64,000 nt of DNA from the NCBI GenBank assembly GCA_016192455.1, contig JACPUC010000026.1, positions 1-64,000 of the forward strand, read 5' to 3'. This DNA is from Candidatus Tectimicrobiota bacterium. GTDB lineage: Bacteria > JACPUC01. Below the pieces are notes generated by a model. It saw only the letters and a program-made list of their open reading frames with translations, made no database searches and had not been told where the DNA came from. A program made the position numbers and the translations under genes. Below, piece by piece: positions 11,277 through 21,118 of this stretch; the first letter of the stretch is position 1, and each line of letters starts with the position of its first letter.

Positions 11277-11942
11277 ATGGTGATGAATGGGAACGAATTC
11301 TACGAGTACCTCGACAAACATACCTTCGAGCTGCGCATGGCGTGCATTGAGCACCCCCTCGTCGAAGGCATCTGCAAGGGCACGCTGCCGGTCGAGAAGG
11401 TGTGGGACTTCACGGAGTACAACTACTATCAAGTCATCGAGACCTGCGACCGCATCCTGAACCGCGCCCGCAACGCCCCGACGCAGGAGATCCGCAACCT
11501 CTTCATCGAGCACTGCACCGAGGAGCTGGGGCATCCCGAGCTGGCCTTGCAGTGCATCGCCGAGCTGGGGGGCGACGCGCGGGCCGTCCTCAGCCGCCCT
11601 CCCACCTTCGAGCTGGAAGGCATGACGAACTGGCTCTGGAGGTTGTCGCAGGAGCGTCCCTACATCATCAACGCGGCGAACTCGATGTTCTGCCTCGAGG
11701 GCATCCTGGAGGCGCACTGCATCAAGATGGTGCAGGCGCTGTCGAAACACTACGGCGCCACTGCGAAGGCGATTCAGTACTGGGAGGTTCATATCGAAGC
11801 GGATGAGAAGCATACGCAGAATGCCAAGCGCCTCCTGAGCACCTATGCCACGACCGAGGCAATCCAGGAGGAGTGCCTGCGCACCGCGGTGCGGACATGC
11901 CAGTACACGAAGCTCGCCATGGACAGCTACGAGCACCGCTAG
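11277..11942 (+). CDS. heme-oxygenase-like diiron enzyme (TenA/PqqC/CADD superfamily)
   Basis: HPLVEGICKGTL N-terminus; EELGH, CLEG and HIEADEKH ligand pattern. Confidence 0.8.
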   Translation: MVMNGNEFYEYLDKHTFELRMACIEHPLVEGICKGTLPVEKVWDFTEYNYYQVIETCDRILNRARNAPTQEIRNLFIEHCTEELGHPELALQCIAELGGDARAVLSRPPTFELEGMTNWLWRLSQERPYIINAANSMFCLEGILEAHCIKMVQALSKHYGATAKAIQYWEVHIEADEKHTQNAKRLLSTYATTEAIQEECLRTAVRTCQYTKLAMDSYEHR

Positions 11943-12070
11943 GGAGCGCCGCGCCGGCGCGGGGCGAGCACCTGCCGCGTTGAGGGAGCGCCGGAAGCGC
12001 GGGCCATGCTGGTCCGCGCTTTCTTTCTGACTCGGCATGCCGCGCCAGGTCGGTCGGTAACGATTACGAG

Positions 12071-12253
12071 GTGACCATGAGCCGCCTACTCTACGGATTG
12101 GCCCTGCTGAGCGTTGGGCTGCTGCTGCTCACCCTGTTCATGGGGCTGCAGGTCTCGGAAGGCACGCTGTCGGGCGAGACCCACATGGTTGTCGCCATCC
12201 TCGCCGCCGCCCTGTCGATCGTCACCCACTTCCTGTCGCTGCGGTACTACTGA
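12071..12253 (+). CDS. small two-helix membrane protein
   Basis: 60 aa with two hydrophobic segments; GAGG RBS. Confidence 0.6.
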   Translation: MTMSRLLYGLALLSVGLLLLTLFMGLQVSEGTLSGETHMVVAILAAALSIVTHFLSLRYY

Positions 12254-12353
12254 CGCGGCGCGGGGAGCGGAACGGCGCCGCGGTGGTGGGCCGCGGCGTG
12301 GCGCCACGCCGGCAGGGTCGCCGCGGCCTTGCCCGTTTGGAAGGAGCACTACG

Positions 12354-12902
12354 ATGAGCGTCCTGGAGTGTATCCGCACGCGACGGGCGATTCGTGACTT
12401 CGAGGAGCGCCAGGTCCCGGAGGAGGTGCTGCGGGCGATCCTGGAGGCGGGCCGCCTGGCTCCCAGCGCCCGCAACACCCAACCCTGGGAGTTCATCGTC
12501 ATCCGCGCGCCGGAACGCCTAACGCAGCTCAGCCGGCTCACGAGCACGGGGCCGCACCTGACCAAGGCGCCGCTGGCCGTTGCCGTGGCGATGCTGAAAG
12601 CGCGGTACCCCGAGGTGGACGCCGCGCGCGCCATCCAGAACATGATCCTGGTGGCCTGGGAGCACGGCGTCGGCTCGTGCTGGATCGGCAACTGGGACGC
12701 TGAGAAAGCGAAGGCGCTCCTCGGCCTGCCGGCAGACAGCCTCCTCATCGCCGTGGTCCCCTTCGGCTACCCGCGCGAAGGCACCAGAGTGGCGCGGAAG
12801 AAACAGCGGCGGCCGCTCCACACCCTCGTGCACCGCGAGGCGTACGGGACTCCTTACTACAAAGAGGGAGCCGGCGCGGGCACGCCGCGAGGTGGGTCAT
12901 GA
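12354..12902 (+). CDS. nitroreductase family protein
   Basis: TRRAIRDF, APSARNTQPW and GVGSCWIG motifs; AAGGAG RBS. Confidence 0.93.
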   Translation: MSVLECIRTRRAIRDFEERQVPEEVLRAILEAGRLAPSARNTQPWEFIVIRAPERLTQLSRLTSTGPHLTKAPLAVAVAMLKARYPEVDAARAIQNMILVAWEHGVGSCWIGNWDAEKAKALLGLPADSLLIAVVPFGYPREGTRVARKKQRRPLHTLVHREAYGTPYYKEGAGAGTPRGGS

Positions 12903-13816
12903 GCGCGAAGGAACGGATCGGCTTCATCGGCACTGGCATCATGGGCGAGCCGATGGCGCGCAACCTCCTGAAGGCGGGCTACGACCTCTGCGTCTTCAAC
13001 CGCAGCCGCGAGAAGCTCCAAGGACTGCTGGCGGCGGGGGCGCGCGAAGGCCGCAGCCCGACGGACGTCGCCAGGCAGAGCGACGTCGTCATCACCATCG
13101 TCACTGACACCCCGGACGTCGACCAAGTCCTCTTCGGGACGCAGGGGGATGACGACGGCGTGGCGAGCGGCGCCGCCGCCGGCACGGTGGTCATCGACAT
13201 GAGCACGATCGCCCCGGAGGCCACGCGGCGGTTCGCGGCGCGCCTGCGACAGCGCGGCATCGATATGCTCGACGCACCGGTGAGCGGCGGCGACGTGGGC
13301 GCCCGCCAGGGCACCCTGACGATCATGGTCGGCGGCGAGGCCGAGGTGGTGCAGCGCTGCCTGCCGATCCTGCGGGTCTTGGGATCGCGCATCACGCACG
13401 TGGGGCCATCGGGGGCCGGCCAGACAGTGAAACTCTGCAACCAGATTCTCTGCGCCGTCAACTTGGTGGCGGTGTGCGAAGCCCTCGCCGTGGCGAAACA
13501 GGCCGGCCTCGATCTTGCCACCTTCCTGCACGTGGTGACCGGCGGCGCGGCGAATTCCTGGTCCTTGGAGCATCTCGGGCCGAAGATCGCCGCCGGCGAC
13601 CTGCAGCCGGGCTTCATGGTGCGCTTGATGCAGAAGGACCTCGCCATTGCCCTGCAGGCGGCGAAGGAGCTGCGCGTGCCCCTGCCGGGCACCGCCCTCG
13701 CCCAGCAGCTCCTGCGCGGCGTCGAGGCGCTCGAGGGTCAGAAGCTTGGCACCCAGGCCATGATCCTGACCTTCGAGAAGCTCGGCAACTTCCAGATGCA
13801 GGAGCCTCCACGCTGA
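12899..13816 (+). CDS. beta-hydroxyacid dehydrogenase (GarR/GlxR/MmsB-like)
   Basis: GFIGTGIMG, DAPVSGG, KLCNQ and FMVRLMQKDL motifs; ATGA overlap with the nitroreductase. Confidence 0.92.
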   Translation: MSAKERIGFIGTGIMGEPMARNLLKAGYDLCVFNRSREKLQGLLAAGAREGRSPTDVARQSDVVITIVTDTPDVDQVLFGTQGDDDGVASGAAAGTVVIDMSTIAPEATRRFAARLRQRGIDMLDAPVSGGDVGARQGTLTIMVGGEAEVVQRCLPILRVLGSRITHVGPSGAGQTVKLCNQILCAVNLVAVCEALAVAKQAGLDLATFLHVVTGGAANSWSLEHLGPKIAAGDLQPGFMVRLMQKDLAIALQAAKELRVPLPGTALAQQLLRGVEALEGQKLGTQAMILTFEKLGNFQMQEPPR

Positions 13817-13974
13817 TGTGCTCCCTGCCGTGAGCGCGTGCGGTCAATCACCCCGCGCCCGCACGACGCCGCGCCCGCACCCCCCCAACGCCTCTCCCGC
13901 CGCCGCAGTTGATGCTGCCGGAGCCTGGCCCACGGCGGCTACCCCGCGCCGGGCCTGACGGCTCCGCGTGGCTT

Positions 13975-13990
13975 GGGCATGGTTCTTGCT
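13975..13990 (+). promoter_or_regulatory. putative sigma54 -24/-12 promoter
   Basis: GGGCATGGTTCTTGCT (GG-N10-GC) about 60 nt upstream of the 14053 start. Confidence 0.45.
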
Positions 13991-14052
13991 TTCGATGAGC
14001 GGAGAAGCTCAAGCGGTGCCCGTCAAGGAGCACGAGCAGGAGGCACGACGCG

Positions 14053-14613
14053 ATGGCCGAGAACGCCGCACCCAACTGGGAGTGGTTTGACGACTGGGTC
14101 AAGAACCTGGAATTCGAGGCAGGCGGTGCGTCCCCCCCGGGTCCCGCCGCAATGCCCTCCACGGAAGGGCGCCCGGCGGAGGGAGCGGCGACGCCGCCAG
14201 AACGCCGACAGCCCCTCACCTTGGAATGGTTGCTGGGCGATGCGACTGGCTGGGGGGAGTCTGCCGCCAGGTCGCACCCGCTCGAGGTGAGAGTCTGCAT
14301 GGATGCCGCCGGGCCCTGCTTTCTGTCCTACGTCCCGCGCCTCCTGCGGTTGAGGACCACCCAAGCCGGCGCCAGGTTCCAGGAGGCGGATTTCCTGCAC
14401 GCCGAGTATCTTCCAGCCTTTACGCCGCTGGGCCCCGGCAACCCCGCCGCGGACAACGGCGAGCTTGGCGCCCTTTCCGCCCCGCCACGGCGTGCCTCCG
14501 CCGCGCAGTCCCGCGCCCTGGCCCGCATCCGCGGCTTCGTGCGCCGTATGCTGCGCCTCGATCCGCAGGCGCAGCGGCCCGATGCTGCGTCACCGAGTGA
14601 TCCCTACGCCTGA
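14053..14613 (+). CDS. hypothetical protein
   Basis: AGGAGG RBS 8 nt before ATG; acidic, Trp-rich N-terminus. No family recognised. Confidence 0.55.
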   Translation: MAENAAPNWEWFDDWVKNLEFEAGGASPPGPAAMPSTEGRPAEGAATPPERRQPLTLEWLLGDATGWGESAARSHPLEVRVCMDAAGPCFLSYVPRLLRLRTTQAGARFQEADFLHAEYLPAFTPLGPGNPAADNGELGALSAPPRRASAAQSRALARIRGFVRRMLRLDPQAQRPDAASPSDPYA

Positions 14614-14885
14614 GAAGCGGCCAATCCGCCGCCCACTGGCAAGAGCGCGGCGGCCTGATCCCGCCCATGCCAAAGCGTATCTTATCCCTGGGTTGTTTCA
14701 CGCTGGTAATGTTCCAGCCTGCCGGTAGAAGAAACAAAGCCTGAGGAGGAGCATACCCCAACAGGAATAACGTTGTTGTACAGTAACGGGCAGTACAGAG
14801 TGGAGCCAGTATATTGCTGCTGCACAATGACAGGAAACTCAATCACGCGTGCCCGCGCTTCCCGATGGCTAGCGGAGCGACTTAA

Positions 14886-15746
14886 TCAGGCAGTTTCTTC
14901 CCTTGCCAACTTATCCGCCATTTCATAGCCATAATTTGTTACCTGATAGACCCGACCATGCATATTTTTGTCCCTGAGAAGATTCTCTTTACAAAGCTCA
15001 TCGAGGGCATCATCCCATCGCGCCTCAGATCGCGGATCCTGGGGTGAGACAATGTTCCTACCATTGGTTTTGATTATGAGTCCCCCCATCGTCTTAGACC
15101 TGATTACTATTCCGTCTACATCCTTCGCCGCCTCGATTAGAAGCCACTTGGCTGCGTCCGACAACAACGGTAGTGCAGGGGGTGAGACCACGATTGTTCC
15201 GCCGGCAGAGTTGTTTCCAAGATGTTCTGGAGCACCAGCGAAATCGCGAATCACTGTCTGAGCGAGCTGCCGATCGAACTTCTTCCGGAATTCCTCAGCC
15301 GTGTCATATTTGTCGATTAATCCGTTCGACTCACACCACTCCTTGAATTCCTGGAGGGCACTGTACTGTTGGTAATCAACTTGATCTGGAGTGACTCGCG
15401 CTGAAGAGAAGTAGATCATTGTTGGCTTTTTCAAGTTGAGGTGCCTTTTTATCTCTTCAACGGTTCCACTTGGAGACGAACCTGTGGGGCTCCCAAGGCG
15501 GGTCCAAAAGGCAGCCACGAGTAAATCGCAATCGGCAAGAACTTGCTTGTTGATTACATCCTGTGCCTGGCCTTCCATGGAAGGAGCAGAGTGGGTCTCC
15601 CACCCAACAGGCATCAGGACTATCTTCTTGTCCTCCGAGTTGATTGAGTTCCAATGGTGAATGACATCTCTGATAATCCGCCGCTCTTCACTTACGTCAC
15701 TCGGCGAGGCTATCATCACTTTGTAAACCTTAGCGTTGTAAGACAC
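14886..15746 (-). CDS. DUF4062-like (TIR/NDT-like) domain protein with C-terminal winged-helix-like domain
   Basis: KVMIASPSDVSEER, WETH, CDLLVAAFWTRLGSPT and SGTVEEI motifs; GTG start after GGAGGA; visibly lower GC than flanking genes. Confidence 0.8.
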   Translation of the reverse strand: MSYNAKVYKVMIASPSDVSEERRIIRDVIHHWNSINSEDKKIVLMPVGWETHSAPSMEGQAQDVINKQVLADCDLLVAAFWTRLGSPTGSSPSGTVEEIKRHLNLKKPTMIYFSSARVTPDQVDYQQYSALQEFKEWCESNGLIDKYDTAEEFRKKFDRQLAQTVIRDFAGAPEHLGNNSAGGTIVVSPPALPLLSDAAKWLLIEAAKDVDGIVIRSKTMGGLIIKTNGRNIVSPQDPRSEARWDDALDELCKENLLRDKNMHGRVYQVTNYGYEMADKLAREETA

Positions 15747-16414
15747 TCGAAATCCTCCTCCCTGCATGATGCTAACTATGGGTTCTCTTGTTTCGTAATA
15801 GACCCTGAATCATCTTCTCATCCAGCATAAGATTCCATGATTTTACCAGCAAAGAAACTTGGTCGGTTGATTTGAGAAAATAGACTCACAGCCAACCGTC
15901 GCAACAGCGAACTCCTCTCCCTCCATCTCGCATCCTCACGGGCTTACCCAAAAACTCCTCACTTGCACTATTGCCACTTCCATTCTCGGATTTCAAGTAT
16001 TTTTTTGCTTATGTGCAAAACAGCATCGTACCTGTCACACTGCTCAGCCACGGAAACTTTACTGCCACAACCAGTGCTAGCTTTGCTCTTAACGCCTTCG
16101 CCTCCTCCCCTTCTGACTTCCCGCCAGCCGCCCCCCCTTCGCAGGACGGCGCGGCGCCGCCGCAATTGCAAGCCGAGTCGTCTTCTGGCACACTAGCCGC
16201 GGCCTCCCATGGCTGGCCCCGGCAGAGCGTCCTGCCGCGGGGTTGACGGCGCGGCGGCATGCCACCCGACTCGACGCCGCCCAGCCGCCGGAGTCCCTGG
16301 GAGACCGAGGCCGCGCTCGTGGCAGGACGCTCTCCGGCGGCCGCGGAAGAGGGTGGCGCGGGGTGCGGCAGGCGTGGTCTGCAACGGCACACCCGGGCCG
16401 GCCCGCGCGGCGCA

Positions 16415-17929
16415 ATGGAAGCATCCCCGTTGACCGGCTCTCCCGACATCCACAGCCGCTCCGCCGCCTTCCCCGCCGACCTGCCGGGCGACCTCGAAGG
16501 CGAAGCGCCTCCCGCAACCTCGCCGGTGGCAGCCGCTCCGCACCGCCTCTTCTGGTTGCTGGCGATGGTCGGCAGCGGCGCCATCCTGCTGCCGCTCAAC
16601 ACCTCCATGCTCGGTCTGGCGCTGCCGCGCATCATGGACGACTTCGGCGTCAGCGTCTCCGCCGCCACCTGGTTGATGATCAGCTACATGATCACCGTCT
16701 CGGCCACGCAGCCGCTGGCGGGGCGCCTGGGCGATAAGTTCGGGCATCAGCGTATCTTCAATGTAGGGATGATCTGCTTCGCGGCGGCATCGGTGGTCTG
16801 CGCGCGTGCCCCAAGCTTTTCGACGCTCATCCTGGGGCGGGTGCTGCAAGGCATCTGCGCCGCGGCGCTGTTGCCGAACGGCTTCACGCTGGTGCGCTAC
16901 CACACCGCGGCGAACCAGCGCGGCAGGGCGATCGGCTTCATCGGCGGCATCTCGGGCACCTCGGCCGCCTTCGCGCCGGCCGTGGGCGGGCTGCTCGTGG
17001 CGTTCTTCAGTTGGCAGGCGATCTTCTGGATCAATGTGCCGATCGTCCTCCTGGGCTTGGTCATCGCCACCCTCATCGTCGGCAAGGTCTCAACCCCGCG
17101 CGACCCGCATCCCCGTTTCGATCACCTGGGGAGTCTCCTCCTGGCGGCCTTCGCCGTCAGCCTCACCCTCGCCATCAGCTTGCAGGGACGGTCAGGCCTG
17201 CCGCCGCTGCTTGGCCTCTGGCTGGGGCTGGGGTCGGCGGTCAGCCTGGGGCTCTTCCTCTGGCATGAGCAGCGCGCGGTGGCTCCCTTCCTGCACCTGT
17301 CGCTCTTCCGCATCCGCACCTACGTGGCGGCGACCTTCTGCTCCTGCTTCCTCAACCTCACCACCTTCGGCATCATCTTCATGAACCCCCTCATTCTTCA
17401 GCAAGTCCTAGGGTATACTCCGGGAGAAGCCGGGACGCTGCTGCTGGCGTTCTCCGGCGTCATCGCCATTGCGGCGCCGCTGGGCGGCACCCTCAGCGAT
17501 CGCTTCGGCCGGCGCCTGCTGCCGACCATCGGGCTGGTTCTCTTCATGTTCGGCAATCTCCTCTACTTCGCGGTTGACGCCGCCAGCGGCATGGCGCTCT
17601 TCCTCCTCTGCTTCGTCATTACCGGCGCCGGCTTTGGCCTGGCGTTCGCCGTGCTCCAGACCGCGGCGCTGGAAGCCTCGCCGCCGGAGCACTCCGGCGT
17701 GGCCACCGGGGTCTACCTGATGGCCCGCTACGTCGGTGGCGCGGTGGGCGTCAGCATCGTCAGCGGTGCCACGATCCAGGCCACCGGCAGCGCCTTGATG
17801 CCCTCCTTTCACCGCGCCATCGCCTTGCTCATCATCTTCACCATCCCGGCGTTGGCGCTGGCGCTGGTCATCCGGCCCCGCTTCGACCTGACGCGGCTGC
17901 CGGCTGGGTCTCCCGCCCAGGCTCGCTAG
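16415..17929 (+). CDS. MFS transporter, DHA2 (EmrB/QacA) type
   Basis: Many TM segments; GRLGDKFG motif A, GRVLQG, WQAIFWINVP and GTLSDRFGRR. Start uncertain. Confidence 0.9.
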   Translation: MEASPLTGSPDIHSRSAAFPADLPGDLEGEAPPATSPVAAAPHRLFWLLAMVGSGAILLPLNTSMLGLALPRIMDDFGVSVSAATWLMISYMITVSATQPLAGRLGDKFGHQRIFNVGMICFAAASVVCARAPSFSTLILGRVLQGICAAALLPNGFTLVRYHTAANQRGRAIGFIGGISGTSAAFAPAVGGLLVAFFSWQAIFWINVPIVLLGLVIATLIVGKVSTPRDPHPRFDHLGSLLLAAFAVSLTLAISLQGRSGLPPLLGLWLGLGSAVSLGLFLWHEQRAVAPFLHLSLFRIRTYVAATFCSCFLNLTTFGIIFMNPLILQQVLGYTPGEAGTLLLAFSGVIAIAAPLGGTLSDRFGRRLLPTIGLVLFMFGNLLYFAVDAASGMALFLLCFVITGAGFGLAFAVLQTAALEASPPEHSGVATGVYLMARYVGGAVGVSIVSGATIQATGSALMPSFHRAIALLIIFTIPALALALVIRPRFDLTRLPAGSPAQAR

Positions 17930-18102
17930 CCGGAGAGCGACCCGAAACCTGCCGCGGCAGTTTGGCCGCGGGCAGCCGCTCAGTCGGCGGGCGGCGAGGG
18001 GCGCGGCGATCTTAAGCCTTGCCGCGGCGGAGCGGTTGCGACGCCGCCTTCCAACGCCACGGGGATCCCCATCTCCTCCCCGCAGAGGAGGAGGGGAGCA
18101 CG

Positions 18103-19620
18103 TTGTCGAGGCGCGGCCGGCAGGAGCGGCGCGCCGCGGACGCCGGGCCCTCCCGAACCAACGAGGCACCGAGCGTGGCAGACGAATCGCCCAGTGAACC
18201 GGGAACCACCGTCGGAGCCTCCGCCGGGCCCGGCAAACCGCTTGGCTTGGCGCTCCTCGTCGGCATGGCTGTCAGCGGCACGATCCTCATGCCGCTCAAC
18301 ACCACGATGTTGGCGCTTGCCCTGCCGCGCGTCATGGCGGACCTCGACATCCAGGTGTCGGCGGCGGGCTGGCTGATGACCGCCTACCTCATCACCGGAG
18401 CCGCCACGCTTGCCATCAGCGGGCGCCTCGGCGACATGTACGGGCAGCAGCGCGTCTTCAACCTCGGCCTCATCACCTTCGCCGCCGCCTCCATGGTCTG
18501 CGCCCTGGCCCCCAACTTCGTGATCCTGCTGGTGGGGCGCATCCTCCAGGGCGCCACAGGCTCCGCCATCGTCCCCAACGGTTTCGCGCTGGTACGCTAC
18601 GGTTCCGCACCGCGCCAGCGCGGCCGCGCCTTTGGCTTCGTCACCTGCTCCAACGCCACGGCGGCAACCGTCGCGCCCGCCCTCGGCGGGTTCATCGTGG
18701 AGGCGTTCAACTGGCAGGCAATCTTCCTGCTGAACCTGGGGTTTGTCACCCTGAGCCTCATGCTTGGCAGCCTTGCCGCCGGCCGCTTATCGACGCCGCG
18801 CGATGCGGGCACGCGCCTCGATAACCTCGGCAGCACGCTGCTGGCGGCGTTCAGCATCAGCCTCGCCATCGCCATCAGCATCCGAGGCGGAGGGCAGACG
18901 CCCGCCGGGCTGCCGCCCTTGCTCATCGCCATCGCAGTCCTCAGCTTCCTCCTCTTCCTCGTGCAGGAGCACCGGGCCCGCGTGCCGCTGGTGCGCCTGG
19001 CCCTGCTGCGCATCCGCAACTTTCTGGCCGCCACCCTCTGCTCGAGCTTCCTGAACCTCACGATGTATGGGTTTTACCTCCTCATCCCCTTGATCCTCCA
19101 AGACATCCTCGGCTACAGCCCCACCGGCGCCGGCGTCATGATGCTGCTCTTCACCGGCGCCATGGCTCTGGCCGCGCCGTTCGGCGGCAGTTTGAGTGAT
19201 CGTGTCGGGCGTCGCCTCATTCCCATCCTGGGGCTCTCGACGCTGGCAGTCAGCGGCCTCTTCTTCCTGGGGATCGAGGCCGGGGCAAGCCCGACCTACG
19301 TGCTCGCCTGCTTCCTGGGCATCGGCGCGGGCTCCGGCATGACCTTCCCGGTGCTGCAGACGGCCTCCCTGGAGGCCGCGCCGCCGGAGCACACCGGGGT
19401 CGCCTCGGGGGTGTACTTCACGGCACGCTACCTGGGGGGATCGATCGGCACCAGCATCATCAGCCGCACCACCCACGGCGTGGCGCCCGGCGCCCTCCTG
19501 CCTGCCTATCGCCTGGCGCTCGTCTACCTCATCATTTGCGCGGGCGTCGCGGTCTTCCTGGCGGCCGCGCTGCGGCCGCGCTTCGATGCCTCGGTGTGGC
19601 GCCCCGCGGGGCGGAGGTGA
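18103..19620 (+). CDS. MFS transporter, DHA2 type (tandem paralog)
   Basis: GRLGDMYG, GRILQG, WQAIFLLN and GSLSDRVGRR motifs; TTG start after GGAGGAGGGG. Confidence 0.9.
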   Translation: MSRRGRQERRAADAGPSRTNEAPSVADESPSEPGTTVGASAGPGKPLGLALLVGMAVSGTILMPLNTTMLALALPRVMADLDIQVSAAGWLMTAYLITGAATLAISGRLGDMYGQQRVFNLGLITFAAASMVCALAPNFVILLVGRILQGATGSAIVPNGFALVRYGSAPRQRGRAFGFVTCSNATAATVAPALGGFIVEAFNWQAIFLLNLGFVTLSLMLGSLAAGRLSTPRDAGTRLDNLGSTLLAAFSISLAIAISIRGGGQTPAGLPPLLIAIAVLSFLLFLVQEHRARVPLVRLALLRIRNFLAATLCSSFLNLTMYGFYLLIPLILQDILGYSPTGAGVMMLLFTGAMALAAPFGGSLSDRVGRRLIPILGLSTLAVSGLFFLGIEAGASPTYVLACFLGIGAGSGMTFPVLQTASLEAAPPEHTGVASGVYFTARYLGGSIGTSIISRTTHGVAPGALLPAYRLALVYLIICAGVAVFLAAALRPRFDASVWRPAGRR

Positions 19621-19816
19621 ACCGGCCGCAGTATCCCCGGCATTTTTGCACGGCAGGGCGACGCGCGGCCTCGCCGCAAGCGCCTGCCGCATGGCGCGGC
19701 GGAATACCGCCGGTTTGGCGAGCGGCGGGCGAGGCCACGGCAGGCACGCTGCCGGGGCGTCATGGCGCCGCGCACCGTTACGGACCCAAGCCCCTGGTAC
19801 AGCTCGGAGATCCCCT

Positions 19817-21118
19817 ATGCAGGCACAGCGACGCGTCTTCTATGGCTGGTACGTCGTGGCGGTCTCCTTTCTGACCATGGGCATCAGCGTGGGACTGTGG
19901 TACGGCTACTCCGTCTTCTTCGTGGCCCTCATCAAGGAGTTTGGGCAAAGCCGCGGGGTCACGGCGGGCGCCGGCGCCTTCAACGCCGTGGTCGCCATGG
20001 CAGTGATGCCGTTCATCGGGCGCCTCTTCGATCGCCTCGGGTCGCGCCGCATGCTGCCGGCGGGGGCGGGCGTTCTCGCCCTGGCGCTGCTCCTCAGCTC
20101 GGCGGCAGGCTCGATCTGGCAGTTCTACCTCACCTACGGCGTTCTCGGCGGCATTGGCTTCATTGCCCTCGGCTTCGTGCCTCATACGGCTCTCATCAGC
20201 AACTGGTTCCACCGCAAGGTCGGTCTGGCGCTGGGGGTGGCCTTCTCCGGGGTGGGGGTGGGCACCGCCACGGTCGTGCCGCTCTGCCAATACCTCATCG
20301 ACCTCTGGGGCTGGCGAACGACCATGGCGATCCTGGGGGGCGTCATCCTCCTCGTCCTGGCGCCCCTCACCGCCTTGGTGCAGGTGCCACGACCGGAAGA
20401 CCTCGGCTTGCAGCCGGATGGCCAGGCACCCGCTACGGCTCTGGAACGCGGCGCCCCGGCCCAGCCTCAGGCGCACGCCGCCTCCAGCCGCGCCCCCGCC
20501 GCATGGACGCTCCAACGCGCCGTCGGCGAGCCGCGCTTCTGGAGTCTCTTCGTCGTGCTCGTCGGCGGGGGCTACGCCTTGCAGGCGGTGCAGACCCACC
20601 ACGTGGCGCTGCTCACCGACGTGGGAATACCGGCCCTCAAGGCGGCGCTCCTGTTCAGCGTGCTGTCGATCTCCCGCATGGCCGGGCAGCTCTTCTGGGG
20701 CGCCCTCTCGGATCGGCTCGACCGCACCACGGCGTACAGCTTCAGCTCGTTGAGCTTCATTCTGGGCATCGTCCTCCTCATGTTCGTGCGCACCCCCCCG
20801 TCGCTCGCCCTTATCTACGGCTACGCCATCCTCTTCGGTTTCGGCTCCGGCGCCCTCAGTTCGATCCCCTCCGCGATGTCGGCCGATCTCTTTCGGGGCG
20901 GCCACTTCGGCCTCATCTTCGGCGTGCTCGATACTGGCTTCCAGCTCGGCACGGGCGCCGGAAGCTGGGTGAGCGGCCTGCTCTTCGACGCGTTCCAGAA
21001 CTACCAGCTTGCGCTCGGCCTTGCGGCATGCGGCGTCCTGGTCTCCTGCCTAAGCGGTTGGATCGTCACGCTGCCACGACGGTGGGCGCGCTCCCCCTCG
21101 CAGGAAGAAGCGGCATGA
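19817..21118 (+). CDS. MFS transporter (OFA/MCT-like)
   Basis: FYGWYVV N-terminus; GRLFDRLGSR, NWFHRKVGLALG and GALSDRL motifs. Confidence 0.9.
   Translation: MQAQRRVFYGWYVVAVSFLTMGISVGLWYGYSVFFVALIKEFGQSRGVTAGAGAFNAVVAMAVMPFIGRLFDRLGSRRMLPAGAGVLALALLLSSAAGSIWQFYLTYGVLGGIGFIALGFVPHTALISNWFHRKVGLALGVAFSGVGVGTATVVPLCQYLIDLWGWRTTMAILGGVILLVLAPLTALVQVPRPEDLGLQPDGQAPATALERGAPAQPQAHAASSRAPAAWTLQRAVGEPRFWSLFVVLVGGGYALQAVQTHHVALLTDVGIPALKAALLFSVLSISRMAGQLFWGALSDRLDRTTAYSFSSLSFILGIVLLMFVRTPPSLALIYGYAILFGFGSGALSSIPSAMSADLFRGGHFGLIFGVLDTGFQLGTGAGSWVSGLLFDAFQNYQLALGLAACGVLVSCLSGWIVTLPRRWARSPSQEEAA

Noticed and set aside
19762-21114. N-terminal 451 aa of the 1115-aa ORF
   Set aside because: Arg/Pro-rich off-frame overlap with the MFS gene; the credible start is ATG 21115 with a signal peptide.
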